Positions 1 through 12,762 of a DNA stretch of 64,000 nt are shown piece after piece. Under the pieces are notes generated by a model. The model ran no database searches, had not been told where the DNA came from, and saw nothing but the letters and a program-made list of their open reading frames with translations. Every line of letters begins with the position of its first letter. The first letter of the stretch is position 1. Origin of the DNA: Hemiscyllium ocellatum. Taxonomy: Eukaryota. Position numbers and translations under genes: made by a program. Where the stretch lies: positions 43,324,999 to 43,388,998 of the forward strand of contig NC_083424.1 of NCBI RefSeq assembly GCF_020745735.1, written 5' to 3'.

Positions 1-521
1 CTCCGAAGAGTAACCCCCACCCAGACCCATTTCCCTCTGACTAATGTACCTAACACAATGGGCAATTTAGCATGGCCAATTCACCTGACCTGCACATCTT
101 TGGATTGTGGAAACCGGAGCACCTGGAGGAAATCCCCGCAGACAGTTGCCTGAGGCTGGAATCGAACCTGGGACCCTGGTGTTGTGAGGCAGAAGTGCTA
201 GCCATTGTCAGATTAGATTAGATTCCCTACAGTGTGGGAACAGGCCCTTTGGCCCAACAAGTCCACAACGACCCTCCGAAGAGCAACCCACCCAGACCCA
301 TTCTGATACATTTTACTCCTGACTAATGCTCCTATCACTACGGGCAATTTAGCATGGCCAATTCACCTAACCTGCACACCTTTGCACTGTGGGAGGAAAC
401 CGGACCAAACCCACGCGGACACGGGAGAATGTGCAAACTCCACACAGACTGTTGCCCGAGGTGGGAATTGAACCCGGGTCCCTGGTGCTGTGAGGCAGCA
501 GTGCTAACCACTGTGCCGCCC
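1..521 (-). mobile_element. Two adjacent HE1 (V-SINE) copies, 1-208 partial and 210-521 full
   Basis: tRNA-like head GGCGGCACAGTGGTTAGCACTGCTGCCTCACAG...GGGTTCAATTCC, V-domain GTGGAGTTTGCACATTCTCCC, and (TCTAA)n tail on minus. Confidence 0.9.
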
Positions 522-895
522 CTATCTTCCCTATGTCTGTGGAACCCCTGCTTAAGACTGAGAAGTAACAGTTTACATGGGTTAAGAGTATCTACTTTCA
601 TTATCTGGCTGAAAATTACAATTCATTTGATTATTCTTTGAGTAGAATTACACAACTCAAGATCAGCATATAAGGAGCACAAAGTGCTTTTGCTAGAGAA
701 GTTAAGAAAACATCTTGGTCATCTGATGATGTTCAAATCTCTATCAGATTCTTTACTGGACTGAGTACATATCATCAGACTTTCGGATGGTTCTAAATGC
801 ATAAAATGATTGCACAGTTTTATGGGGTTTGTTTCACTTCTGTTTTAACTGATTCACACCACAAGTCCTCAACTATTTTGTGTCAAATATTACAG

Positions 896-1328
896 TGATT
901 CAGACAGTGAATGGGAGCGGCTGAAGGAAGCAGCAGTTACAAGTAGTGATATACTCCAACAAAGTTCCCTCTTCAGCAGACAGTTGGAGATAAACCAGGC
1001 TGAAAATCTCATCAAGGATGAAGACACAGGAAAGAAGAAAAAGAAGAAGAAGAAAAAGAGAAAGGTAATCATGGAAAGTGAAGATAATTTAGTCAAAGGC
1101 AGCGATCAAAAAGGAGTTGAACAAATGTCTAATGTCGATGTAAAAGGGAAATCAGAGCAGGTGTGCAAAGTCGTGGCAAAAGGACTGGAACGAACTGAAC
1201 AGGCTGACCTTGAAAGGAGCAAAAAGAAAAAAATGAACCACAAAACTGCTAGTTGGGAACTTGAAAGTGTTAAAACAAGCTTTTCTCAAACAAAGAGAAA
1301 GAAAGTTCCTTTAACAGATGGGTCATAA
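896..1328 (+). CDS. CUSTOS: Last coding exon of protein CUSTOS (C12orf43 orthologue)
   Basis: Acceptor ...aatattacAG at 894-895, then phase-2 frame (x)DSDSEWERLKEAAVTSSDILQQSS...KKKKKKKKKRK...TDGS* (stop 1326-1328), in frame with ORF 984-1328. Matches the recalled human C12orf43 motif EDSDEEWRRCREAAVSASDILQES plus Lys-rich tail; convergent HNF1A supports the call. Confidence 0.88.
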
Positions 1329-1384
1329 CAGGGCACTACAGTTCTATGTGTTCTTATCTTTCAAAGAATTGTTTATTTCAAGTG

Positions 1385-1434
1385 CTTTCAATTAAACCAG
1401 TTGGAATATAACCTGATGTTGTGTGATTTTTAAC
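1385..1434 (+). mobile_element. 50-bp Penelope-like end (family B) in the CUSTOS 3' UTR
   Basis: Matches AAATAAACCTGTTGGACTATAACCTGGTGTTGTGTGATTTTTAAC seen near 19660-19705 and 30230-30278; 13-bp TSD tttatttcaagtg at 1372-1384 and 1435-1447. Confidence 0.75.
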
Positions 1435-1509
1435 TTTATTTCAAGTGACAGTTTGCAAGCTCCTTTGTTCCTCTCATTTTGTATACTTTTGTTTTGGCAG
1501 TTACTTTGA

Positions 1510-1515
1510 AATAAA
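1510..1515 (+). terminator. Candidate poly(A) signal for CUSTOS (alternative AATAAA at 2474-2479)
   Basis: AATAAA about 180 nt after the stop codon in an AT-rich UTR. Confidence 0.4.
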
Positions 1516-1771
1516 ACAATTTTCAAAAGAGATGAGGAAATAATGATTTCCTGCTTGCTGCTGTCCTGCCTTTGGGAGAATGTCTTTGAATGGAGAGCTG
1601 CTAGGGCTGATTCAGCTGAACTGTGTATAATCAGCTGTCACTGGAGGGAATTCACACTGTAAAAATCATTGTTCCATGTATTTCCACCGTACCTTCTCAA
1701 AAAGATAATGGATCCTTAATTCATTGGTTTTTGCACTTGCTTTAGTTTGATTTATGTTTGAAATTTGAACA

Positions 1772-2152
1772 AAAGAGAAGTACCACACCGGAGCAGGCCC
1801 TTCAGCCCTCCAAGCCTGTGCTGATCATCATGTTGTAACTAAACTAAAAAACAAGCCTTCCCTTTTTGGTCCATATCCCTCAATTTGCTCCTTATTTATG
1901 TAACCATCCAGATGCATCTTAAATGTCACTGATGTGCCCACTTCCACCACCCCTTCTGGCAGAGTGTTCCAGGTTCCTACCACTTTCTGCGTGAAAGACT
2001 TGCCTCGCACACCTCCCTTAAACTTTCCCCCTCTCACCTTGAACCTATGCCCCGTTGTAATTGAAACTTCAGCCATGGGAAAAAGCCTCTGTCTATCCAC
2101 CTTATCTGTGCCCCTCATAATTTTGTGGACCTCTGTCTGGTCTCCTCTCAGC
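1772..2152 (-). mobile_element. CR1 LINE 3' fragment
   Basis: ORF 1828-2118 reads TGHRFKVRGGKFK...FTQKVVGTWNTLPEGVVE, the CR1 ORF2 C-terminus. Confidence 0.9.
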
Positions 2153-3109
2153 CGTGTGGGGTCAGTGAGTGACGAAAATGGCCTCTTTTATCATAGTTTA
2201 TCACAGCACTAATTTGAGGTGGCAATAGAATCCCAAAATATACTTCTTAAAAGAGCCCCTTTATGCACAGTTCCTACGTATACTAAAATTCTGTTATTAT
2301 GGTGTTACATTTTTTTATCTATAGTACACAAAGGTTTGAGGGGCTTCGGTCCTGGGAGACAGGAGATGGATTAAAACGTGCTAAATGCTGGCTGCTACTT
2401 CTGATGGGATAAAGAGTGTCTGTCTGGTCTGCTTGCATAATGAAGAGGTGTTAGTCCTTCTGTCTTTTAAGTTAATAAAAATACTAGGCTATATGCTCTA
2501 TATAAGTTAGAAGTTGTACCTGTATCTATTAAAAGAATAATGGATATTCAACTGATTACTGCAACTGAGTTCTGAGATTTGTTTACCATTTGCCAGAATG
2601 AGTTTCATTCATTCATGCAATTTCATGGAAGTGCTGTATTGTCAGTTAGTTTCTTAAAGGGATAATGACCCAGTTAAACTAACTGGGGAAACTGTTTGGT
2701 GTTCTGTAATCTATTCAGATCCAGGAGGGTTGGTAAGGGCTGATTAATATCGTAATGTTTCGTGGAGACGTGATGACAGGGATGGTATTGTTCTGTCGGC
2801 TGCATTTATTCAGAGGTAAACACTGCTTGTAGCAAGGGCTAATAAGGTGTGAAAGTGCAGTAATGGGTTTGAAAGAGTTGTTTTGATTAGAAAGGGTTGT
2901 TTTAAATTTGGTCTAATGATAGTAAAATATGTTACAGAACTGTGGTTTTATGAATGAAACAGTGTTATGGTAAATAACGGGTTAGTAAAACATTATGAAT
3001 GAATGAACAGGCACCTGAATATATGAATATAACGAGCTGGTGAGTGAATTAATAAAGGTAAACTATAATGCAATATCTCATAACACAGTATCTCTCAGTT
3101 GTCATATTT

Positions 3110-3800
3110 CCAGTGAAAACAGTTCCAGTTTTTTTTAACCTTGCCTCATAGCCAATAGTCCTCGACACCAGGTAACATCCTAGCGAACCTTCTCTGCACT
3201 CTCTCTACAGCTTCCACACCTTTCTGGTAGTGTGGCAACCAAAAGAGCACACAATACTCCAAGTGCAGCCTAACAAGGGTTTTATATTGCTGCAACATGA
3301 TTTTGCCAACTCTTGTACTCCAATGAAGGCAAGCGTGCCATACGCCTTCTTAATCACCTTGGCCATCCATGTTGCCACTTTTAAGGGACTGTGGACCTGG
3401 ATGCCCAGACCTATCTGTGTGTTAATGTTTCTAAGGATTTTGCTATTTAAAATATAATTCACACCTCCAAAATGCTTCACCTTGCATTCGTCGGGATTAA
3501 AGTCCATCTGCCATTTTTGTTCCCAAGTCGCCAATCTATCTATATCCTTTTGCAATCGTCGGCACTATAGCAACTCCACAAATCTTCGTGTCATCTGCAA
3601 ACTTATTAATTAGACCACCCACATTTTCCTCTAGGTCATTTTTATCTACTACAAACAACAGAGGACCTAAGACTGATCCCTGTGGAATCCTGCCAGTTAC
3701 CGGTCTCCATTCTGAAAAATACCCTTTCACTACTACCCTTGTCTTCTATGACCGAGCCAGTTTTGTATCCATCTAGCCAGCTCACCCTAAGTTCTGTGTG
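3110..3800 (-). mobile_element. CR1 LINE reverse-transcriptase fragment
   Basis: GRIPQGSVLGPLLF...KFADDTK and QKDIDRLATW...MDFNPDECKV motifs. Confidence 0.9.
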
Positions 3801-4698
3801 ATTTTAGTTTTTGTCCACATGTGCCCCATCATAAGGACAAAGTGGTTAGCGATTGGGAGCCAAACTTCAGCTGATCATTTTTTTTTCTTGAAATAAAATC
3901 TTAATGACACAGGAAAGCTTAGTAACTTCTCATTTCTGTGCTTCTGGGATCAAATGTCCTTGAACAAATTACAGTTGAGAAGGAGAAGGTATTACTGTTT
4001 TCAGCATCCTTAAAATTGTTTAAGTCCCCGGGGCCTGATGAAATGTATTCCAAGCTCCTGTAAGAGGCAAAGGAGAAGGTTGTAGAGGCCCCGACATTAA
4101 TATTTAAACCCTATCTGGACACAGGAGATGTGCCAGAGGATTGGAGGACAGCTGATGTGATACCAGCAATGTTAGCATTCACTTCAGGAGGATGAGAATA
4201 CAAAAGCAGGGATGTTTTGCTGAGGCTGTACAAGGCTCTGGTCAGGCCTCATTTAGAATATTTTGAGCCGTTTTGGGCTGCATATCTCAGGAAGATCTTG
4301 GATGAGGTCCAGAAGAGGTTCACAAGAATGATCCCTTGTCATATGAGGAGCATTTGAGCACTCGGGTATTGGAATTTAGAAGGATGAGGGAAGAATCTCA
4401 TTGAAACTTAAAGAATACTGAGAGGTCTGGATAGAATTGACATGGAGAAGATGTTTCCAGTAGTAGGAGGGACTCGGACTCAAGGGTACAGCTCAAGAGT
4501 GAATGATGACCCTTCAGAACTGTGATGAGATGGAATTTCTTCAGCAAGAGGGTGTTGAATCTATGGAACTCATTGGTGCAGAAAGCTGTGGAGGGATCTT
4601 TAATTCTTGATTAATAAGCAGATCAAGGGTTTTGGGGAGAAGGCAGGAGAATGGAATTGAGAAATATATCAGCCACAGTCAAATGATGGAACAGACTC

Positions 4699-4782
4699 AA
4701 ATTGCTGGAAAAGCTCATATGTCTGGCAGCATATGTGGAGCTAAATCAGAGTTAATGTTTTGGATCAAATGATCCTTTCTCA
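4699..4782 (-). mobile_element. Penelope-like micro-insertion (family C)
   Basis: TSD gatggaa[c/g]agactc at 4685-4698 and 4783-4796; body resembles 46430-46510. Confidence 0.7.
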
Positions 4783-5519
4783 GATGGAAGAGACTCGATG
4801 GGCTGAATAGCCTAATTTTGCTCCTCTATCTTATAGTCTTTAAAGAAGTATGGCAAGGATATATTAGGGAACTGTAGACTAGTGAGTCCAATATCAGTGG
4901 TAGGGAAGCTATTGGAAAAAGGGTTGAAGGACAGATTAATTTCTATGAGAAAAGACAAGGGTTAATAAAGGAAAGTAAGTGTGGCTTTGTCTGGGAGATC
5001 ATGTCTGACAGGTTTGATTGAGTTTTTTGAGGAGATAGCTAGATTTGTGGATGAAGGTAGTGCAGTGGATGCAGTCTTCATGGATTTTAGTAAGGCATTC
5101 GACAAGTTCTCGCATGGATGACTGGCCAAGAATGTAAGAACTCAGGGGATTCAGGGCAATTTATTAAATTCGATCCAAAATTGGCTTCCTAGTGAGAGGC
5201 AGAGGATAATGGCTGAAAGTCGTTTTTCAGACTGGAAGTGGAATACCATTAGATTTGGTGGTGGGCCTTTTATTGTTTGTTGTGTCCATTAATGAATTGG
5301 ACATGAAAGTGGGAAGTCTGATTAATAAGTTTGCAGCTGACACAAAGATCAGTATGGTAAATCGTAAGAAGGAAAACTTTAGACAATGGGACAATACAGA
5401 AGTGCTGGTCAGATGGGCAGAACAGTGGCAATGGAATTTAATATTGAGAAGTGTGATGTCATTTTGCGAAGACTAATAAGTTGGGGTATACACATTTAAT
5501 GGTAGGTCCCTAGGAAGTA

Positions 5520-5847
5520 CAGTAGCGCCTCGACATACGAACGACCCGTCCGTGAACAAATCGGTTTACGAACAGGATTGTACATAAAATTTTGCTTCAA
5601 TGTATGTACGAAATTCAAGGTACGAACGAAGGTGAACATCTTAAATGACAATGTGAGTCCCATTTTCGGAAAATTCTGCAACAAAGAAAAAGAACAAGTT
5701 TCTCTGGATAGTTTTCTTGTGGCATCACCAACCTCCAAGAGACAAAAAAGATAAAAGACTCCGGAAATATCTGAACAATGGGAAAATTGATTCAGTTCTC
5801 GAACCGGATCCCGGAACGGTTTAAGTTCATAAGTCGAGGCGCTATTG
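5520..5847. mobile_element. Tigger/pogo-type MITE
   Basis: TIRs cagtagcgcctcgacatacgaac / gttcataagtcgaggcgctattg, TA duplication at 5518-5519 and 5848-5849; interrupts a CR1. Confidence 0.88.
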
Positions 5848-7479
5848 TAGAGAGGATCAGCGGTATCTTGGTGTGCATTTCCACAAGTTCTTGAAGGCAA
5901 CAGGACAGGTGCATAATGTGGTTAAGAAGGCATATGGGATACTTGCCTTTATTAGTCAAGGGATTATATACAAGAGCAGGGAGGTTATAATGGAGTGAAT
6001 GAAACATTGGTTAGGCTACAGCTGGAATACTGTGTGCCTCATTTTAAAATGAGATTCACCAGGATATTGCCAGAGCTGGGGCATTTCAACAATGGAAAAA
6101 GACTGGATTGGCTGTGGCTGGTCTCCTTAATGCAGGGAAGGCTGAGGGAGGAATCTGATTGAGATGTACAAAATTATGAGTGGAATAGATAGGGCAGATC
6201 AGGAAGAAACATTTCCCCTTAGTAGGGGGATCAATGACCAGTAAGTACAGATTTAAGGTAAAGGGCAGGTTATTCAGAGGGGATTTAAAGAAGAATTTTT
6301 TCACCCAGAGGATGACAGGTGTCTGAAAATCCCTGCCTGAAACAGTAGTAGAGGCAGAGACCGTCGCAACATTTAAGAAGAACGATCACTTGAAATGCTA
6401 TAGCATACCAGGCTATGAGCCAAGTGCTGGAAAATGTGACTGGAGTAAGGGGGATGCTTGATGACTGATGTGGACACATTGAGCTGAAAGGCCTATTTCC
6501 ACGCTATAAAACTTTGGCTTTATGATTTGAAATGAGGTAAATCATAGTTTTTCCCACTCTGTAGAGTTTGCTTAGCTCCATTTATATCATAAACTTATCG
6601 GATATTCTGATGGAGTTAAGCAGAGGAGGCTTGTGTGAAAATATAAACATAAGAATAGACCTTTCTAACCAAATGGCCTGTTTCTATGCTGTGAATGTAA
6701 TGAGCTACACAAGTGAAGCTTATTACCCAAAGAAAGTCCATAGTGATAAATGACCAGAAGGGGAGCATTTGCCACTCTGCTATCTAAATTCAAGTTCATT
6801 TATTTATTTTGAAACTAATATTGATTTTCCTTTGTTACCAAACATATTCAGGGATTTAGGACATAGCTGGGTAGGTCAGAGATTCTTCACGATCTTGTCA
6901 AATGATGGAATAAGTTCAAGTATTGAAATACTCCTGTTCCCATGTCTGTTATAAGTTCTTACTAATTCATTAGATAAAATAACAACCCTGGTACAAGTTG
7001 TCTATTACATTATTCGCACAACACCTAAATGCTTTTACTTCCCTATTTTTATGGGACATTAAATTATTAAAAGTGAGTTACCAACATCACCAGTTGTCCA
7101 GATCGGCTGAGCCTTTAGGTATATCTAATTGGATGATCATTCTCTGCATTGACCGCATTTTTTTTTATAGTGCAGAACAGAATAAATGCGTCAATCAACG
7201 TAATCATTTTGAATACGTGTTTCTCAGGTGATTTGGATAAGACTGTACTTGACATAAATTGTATTGCCAGTACACACAGGTTTTATATAAAATAAGTCCT
7301 GAATGACATCAAATTTAAATTACTTGGTCTGGTATTTTGATGAAGCTACTGACCCTTTATTTACTTGGGTGAGCAGCTTTATTAAAATGATAATGATGTT
7401 CTTGTGTGTAATCCCAGTCTAACCATTTAGCTTTCTATACCATGCTGACTGTACTGACTAAGATGGTTTTGTGTATTAG

Positions 7480-8152
7480 ATGGGGGAAGGATTGCAGAAA
7501 GTTGCAGCACGGAATCTTTGTGCATGAGTCTCAAAAAAACCTAGTATCCAAGTTCATTGGATAACAGGGAAGGCAAATGGAATGTTGGCTTTTATTTCAA
7601 AGGGAATGGAGTCTAAAAATAGGGACTTATGCTAAAATTGTTCAGGGAACTAGTCAGATCACACCTTGAATATCTGGTCCCCTTATCCAAGGAATTACAT
7701 ATTAGCATTGAAGGCAGTCCAGAGAAGGTTCATTAGGTTAATTCCAGGTGTGGAGGTATGTTCTTATTGGGAGAGATTGGGCTTGTACCCATTGAAACAT
7801 TTAAGCTTCTGAGGAGGCTTGATAGAGTAGATGTGGAGAAGTTGTTTTCCCTTGTGGGAAAGTCTAGGACCACTGGGCATAATCTCAGAATAAAGGGTGG
7901 CCTACTTAAGGGAGAGATGAGGATTTTTTATCTCTGAGGATAGTCAGTCTGAGGAATGTTTTACTGCAAAGGGCTGTCATGGCTGTTCATTGAGTATATT
8001 CAGGGCTGCGATAAATTTTAATCAGTCAGAGAATTAAGTATGATGGGAAAAAGGAAAGTGAAGATGAGGATTGTCAGATCAACCGTAATTTCATTGAATG
8101 GCAGAGCAGACTCAATGGGCCAAATGGTCTACTTCTGATCTTGCGTCTTATA
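7480..8152 (+). mobile_element. CR1 LINE 3' fragment
   Basis: aaggcaaatggaatgttggc...gtccagagaaggttca... and 3' UTR gactcaatgggccaaatggtctacttctg. Confidence 0.8.
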
Positions 8153-9489
8153 GTCATTTGGTCTTTAGGAATTGCAAAAGCTCCACTCTCAAGATTTACC
8201 TCCTCCTCCTGAACACAACTATACAGTACAAAGTTCTGAGCTGAAATTAAAGTATTAAACTTTAGTTCTAAATCTGTTTCTTTAACCATATTGTTAACAT
8301 CCGAGTTCTTGGTTTTCGGTTTACCGATTCAGAGCCAGCACGTTTGAATTGAAACTCTTTTATTTAATCCCTCAGCTAGATGCAGTGCTTTTGTTTGCTG
8401 AAATGAGAGAAATAGTCAGATTTCTACTGATGTTACTTTGCATCAAGCCAAATAAGTAACCAAACCACTTGAGTTTAGAGAAAATGCTGGAAATACAAGG
8501 GGCAACATCTGTGAAGAGAGAAATCGAGTTAACATTTCAGGTTCTGAAACAGTACGGGTGGCTGAGATAAGAGGGAAGAATTAAAACGATCAGTGAATGG
8601 GAAACACAAGGTCATGCATATGAACTGAACAAAGATGATCAGCAGAACGAACAACCAATCTGGAATTAATTTCCCCAGTGTCAAAAAAGTGCACTAAGTT
8701 GAAAGCATTCCAACTAAATTGGTGTTTCACCTGGATAATGTTTTGGGGCCTGGACAGTGGGAAAGGAGGAGGTGAAATTGCAGCATTTCATCTGCTGTAT
8801 ATGCATGGAAAGGAATGGGCACCTATGGTTTTGTTTTCATACATTTCTGTATAAGTGTGATTAGCCAGGCTATTCTTGTATTGTCTAAACCGTGGGAGGG
8901 CAATTATAAATGGTCTGTGAAAGAATATATAAAAAAATCATTTGACACATCAGAGCTAAGCCTTTTACTATCCTTAATTCTTGGCATTCAGTTTAATTTG
9001 AATTGTCCATGCATTATTACCTCTATTATCCAAGAACGTTATTTCAACATCTGAGTAAAGATGTTCTTCTTGAAGTGTCTTAATTTTACGCAAATCTTAA
9101 ACTTTTGCCTTGTTCTGCTTTCCTGATTTGATTTCAAAAAAATATTGAGGTATGTAAAATATTAAAAGCTTTTGTATTACTAGATCACAATTAGTATTAT
9201 GTATCTATAAATCCCTACACTTAACAGTAAAACAATATTAATATTGAACTTTTCAAGGCTGCAGATATGTTTTGTCTGTAGAAGTGAATCCAATAACATC
9301 CATTTTGTGCTGTTGACTGCAAATCACACTCTGTTCAATAGGAAATAGCTCTGAACATAGATGAAATTCTGAACCCAGGCAGCAATTTGAGGGAACGCAG
9401 AATGCGTGCCTTCCAACAACGTCAAGATAATTCCAGTGTCCATCCATATGGCCCATCACATTGCTAAAGCTGTTTTTAAATAATAATGC

Positions 9490-10320
9490 AACAACTTATT
9501 ATACAGTGTCTTTAACACAATAAAATATTCCTGTTTCGTGGAAGCATTATAAAGCAAACTAGTCACCTGATATAGCAGGTAACCAAAATCTTGTGGGTTT
9601 TAAGGAGCATCTTAAAGGAGGAATGTGAGGTCAGGAATCAGAGGAGTTTTGAGATGGATTTCCTGAGCTGAGTGCCTGGGGATTTGAAAGCACAGCTGCC
9701 ATTTGCAAATAAATAAAGACAGGGCAGCTCAAGAGGTCAGTACTGTGGGAATGCAAATCTCTTGAGGCTTGAATGATTGAAGGATATCACAGAAATATAT
9801 AAAGGTATAGTTATGGAGGTATTTGTGGACCAGATGAGAATGTTAAAGTCAAGGCATAGCTTTATTGGCAAGCAAAGCAGGTTAACAAGAACAGGGGTGA
9901 GAAGTGAACAGGTTTGCTTTGAGTTATGTGGCTGACAGAGACGTTTGGATGATACCAGGAACATGGGAGGCCAGGACTGCATTGGAGTTATTTTGCCTCT
10001 TTTGTACCATGCAGAAGCAATAATCGCCATATCTATACACTGTTAGCATTGGAAAAGATCCCAAGGACCTTTACAGGAGCATATACCTGAAAAAAAATTG
10101 ACAGCAAGCCAAAAAATGAATTGTTTGAATAAATGATTAACAATCTTGTCAAAGAGGCTTTAGGGAGGAAAAAGGTTTGAGAAGAAATTTGCAGAGGAAA
10201 CTTTTTGAATCGCTGCCATTTTGGGTGAGGTAGGGGAAGAGGGCAGGGTCTGCACAGGGGTTTAAAGTTAAAGGAACATAGAGTTCTTAGTTGGTTGCAG
10301 GGTTACAGGAACTTACACAA
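9490..10320 (-). mobile_element. Decayed L2-type LINE 3' fragments
   Basis: gttttaaggagcatcttaaaggagga...ttcctgagc pattern, also seen near 50100-50170. Confidence 0.55.
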
Positions 10321-10786
10321 AAATCACTCCACATCTCCACGACCAGGTTAGTGTAACTGCACTCTTAATACCTGCAACATTTATAGCTCTTACCCACCTG
10401 CTGTTCCCATTTTGTGCAGTTGAGGTATGAGTATTGATATATAAATTGCTGGAAGTAATTCTGTTTTTCAAGCTTTTTCCAGTGTCTGTCTTTTCCTCAC
10501 CTATTTGGCTGCTTGCACTCTGGGATCTACTCCTTTCACCTTTATTTCATCCCGACTGTCTGGGTCAGATAGAGTCAGGGAGGCTGTGGAAACGTTGTAT
10601 GATTTCTAACATAACCTCAAATCTGCTAGAGTATTGCTAATACTATATCACAGTCTGAGCAAATACTCAAAAGCAGGAAAAGAAAGACTACATCAAGTCA
10701 AACAGTACTGTTTGAATTCAAGGTTTCTGTTTGCAGACATTATATGTAGTGAGCAGTTTTTGGCAATAGTGTATCGTGTTTTTGTA

Positions 10787-10900
10787 TGCTGGAAATCTGA
10801 ATCAAAAAGTGAAAGTGCTGGAGAAACCCAGCAGGTCTGACAACATTTGGGGAGAGAAAAAGAGTTAACTTTTTGGGTGGAGTGACCCTTCATTAGAACT
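10787..10900 (-). mobile_element. Penelope-like end (family C) with degenerate hammerhead
   Basis: gctggagaaacccagcaggtctg...gttaactttttgggtggagtgacccttcattag. Confidence 0.7.
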
Positions 10901-12314
10901 GTTTGCTTAACTAATATTCATATCACAACCAGCATCAACAAAAAAAGCAGATTATCCTGTTTTTTTTTCTCCAGGACCTTAATATGTACGTATTTCCTAC
11001 TTTGCAACAGTAAATATTGTCCATAAGTATTTAATACGTGTAAATTTGGGACATTCCAGACTTACGAAAAGTGCTGCAGAATTACAAATCTTACTAATAT
11101 TTAAATATAAGCTGTTATTGTCCGACAGAACTTCAAAGACAGAAGTGCCTGAGGGACGCAGTGATCAAACATTCCTTTATCTGTGGCTCTTGGCAATCTG
11201 CAAATTGACACACTCGGTTTTTAACTTAACTAAGAGCCTGGGAGAGAGAATCTGATGTACTTCCATTTGCTTATAATTAATAGTACTTATATTCATAATG
11301 CTAATAGCATTTTGTGAAGAGGATCAGGATCATAATTTGTTTCAAAGCTATCCAGAATTCCTTGCACTGGTTTACAGTATATGTGTATTCACATGACAGG
11401 GAGTGATGCAGAAATTTCATTTGTTTTGCATCTCCTGGGAAAACTGAACACTCCAAGGTCGCACGTGTATTGTATTAGACACATCATTCTGACAGCCTTG
11501 ACGAGATCCCTTCCCCTTTGCTTTCATATGCTGCACAGATTTCCTCAGGGAAATATTTTGAAGCTGTCTGAACTAATTCAATTCATTAAAAGAAAAATCC
11601 CTTTGGTTTAGGTTTCATGGGAATCCTGAGGTAATGGACAGATTAATTGCCCTTTAATCCTTGACCTGCTGTAAATGGATTACTGTCTGTGTTAAAACAG
11701 TGTCAGGTGCCTCTGCATTTTGAGACTTGCCGATCATGATAAAAATGAACAACAACAAGATATTTTCTGTTTATAAATTTCATATTAAATTCTTTCAGTT
11801 CTGCATCAATGTGTGAACCTGTGTGTTAATTCCTCTCACACAGAAAGAAATATATAGCGGGCCATCAGCAAGACAACAGAGGATCTAAACATTTAAGGGA
11901 GCAATTAAATCAGAATCGAGGGCCTAGAAATAGTGACTGAGCTCCTTACACTTGCAGTGTGTTTTGATTTGAGTTCAGATTTCAGCAGGTTTTTTAAAAA
12001 ATCCTCACTGTTCTTCATTCAGCCTGGAAATTCTCCCCAACCCAATTAGGGCAAGCTACTGTGCTGCTTCTATCAGGAGCAAATCACAGAGTGTAATTAC
12101 TGGAGTCCTGGCAGCTTCAATTCACTCTCGCCTCTTAGAGCAGAAACATCAAAATGAGTTTGCTCCTTTTTTAAAGTCCTCATGGATTATTAACCCCTAA
12201 TCCACCCTCCAGCTTTAATAAATAAAATATAAGTTTATAAGGAAGAGAGTCACAGCATGGGACAGAGAGACCTGCCATTGGCTTTATGCTCAATTGTATG
12301 CACTTTATAAGAAT

Positions 12315-12762
12315 CATAGAAGCTCTACAGCATGGAAACAGGCCATTCAGCCCATCGAGTCCACACTGAACCTCCAAACAGCATCCCACCCAGACTCCAT
12401 CCCTACAACCCTGCATTTCCCATGGCTAACCCACACATCCCTGGACACTATGGGAAATTTAGATGAAAGTGAGTACAGCAGATGCTGGAGATTAGAGCCA
12501 AGAGTGTGGTGCTGGAAAAGCAGAGTAGGTCAGGCAGCATCTGAGCAGCAGGAGAATCGACATTTCATGCAAAAGGCCTTCATCAGGGCAATTTAGCATG
12601 GTCGATCCACCTAACCTCCACATCTTTGGACTGTGGGAGGAAACACATATAGACAGAGAGAATGTGCAAATTCTACACAGATAGTCACTCAAGGGTGGAA
12701 TTGAACCCAGATCTCTGGTGCGGTGAGGTAGCAGTGCTACCTGCTGAGCTACCATGCCCCCT
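12315..12762 (-). mobile_element. HE1 SINE interrupted by a family-A PLE end (about 12463-12586)
   Basis: HE1 halves rejoin across the duplicated gggaaatttag / gggcaatttag; insert ends at ttcatcag. Confidence 0.85.

Larger units (their letters stand above)
4015..6520 (+). mobile_element. Composite decayed CR1: a second CR1 3' end at about 4165-4840, a PLE micro-insert and a MITE are nested
   Basis: RT motifs (MDFSKAFDK-like near 5080, INKFAADTKI) and CR1 3' UTR near 6480-6520. Confidence 0.85.

Noticed and set aside
338-641. Recurrent ORFs such as GRMCKLHT...CEAAVLTTVPP and VVSTAASQ...WSLHILP (also near 14115, 15224, 16965, 29550, 49129, 55381)
   Set aside because: Translations of HE1 SINE sequence, not a gene family.
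890-1096. Minus-strand ORF with poly-Phe
   Set aside because: Antisense shadow of the poly-Lys codons in the CUSTOS exon.
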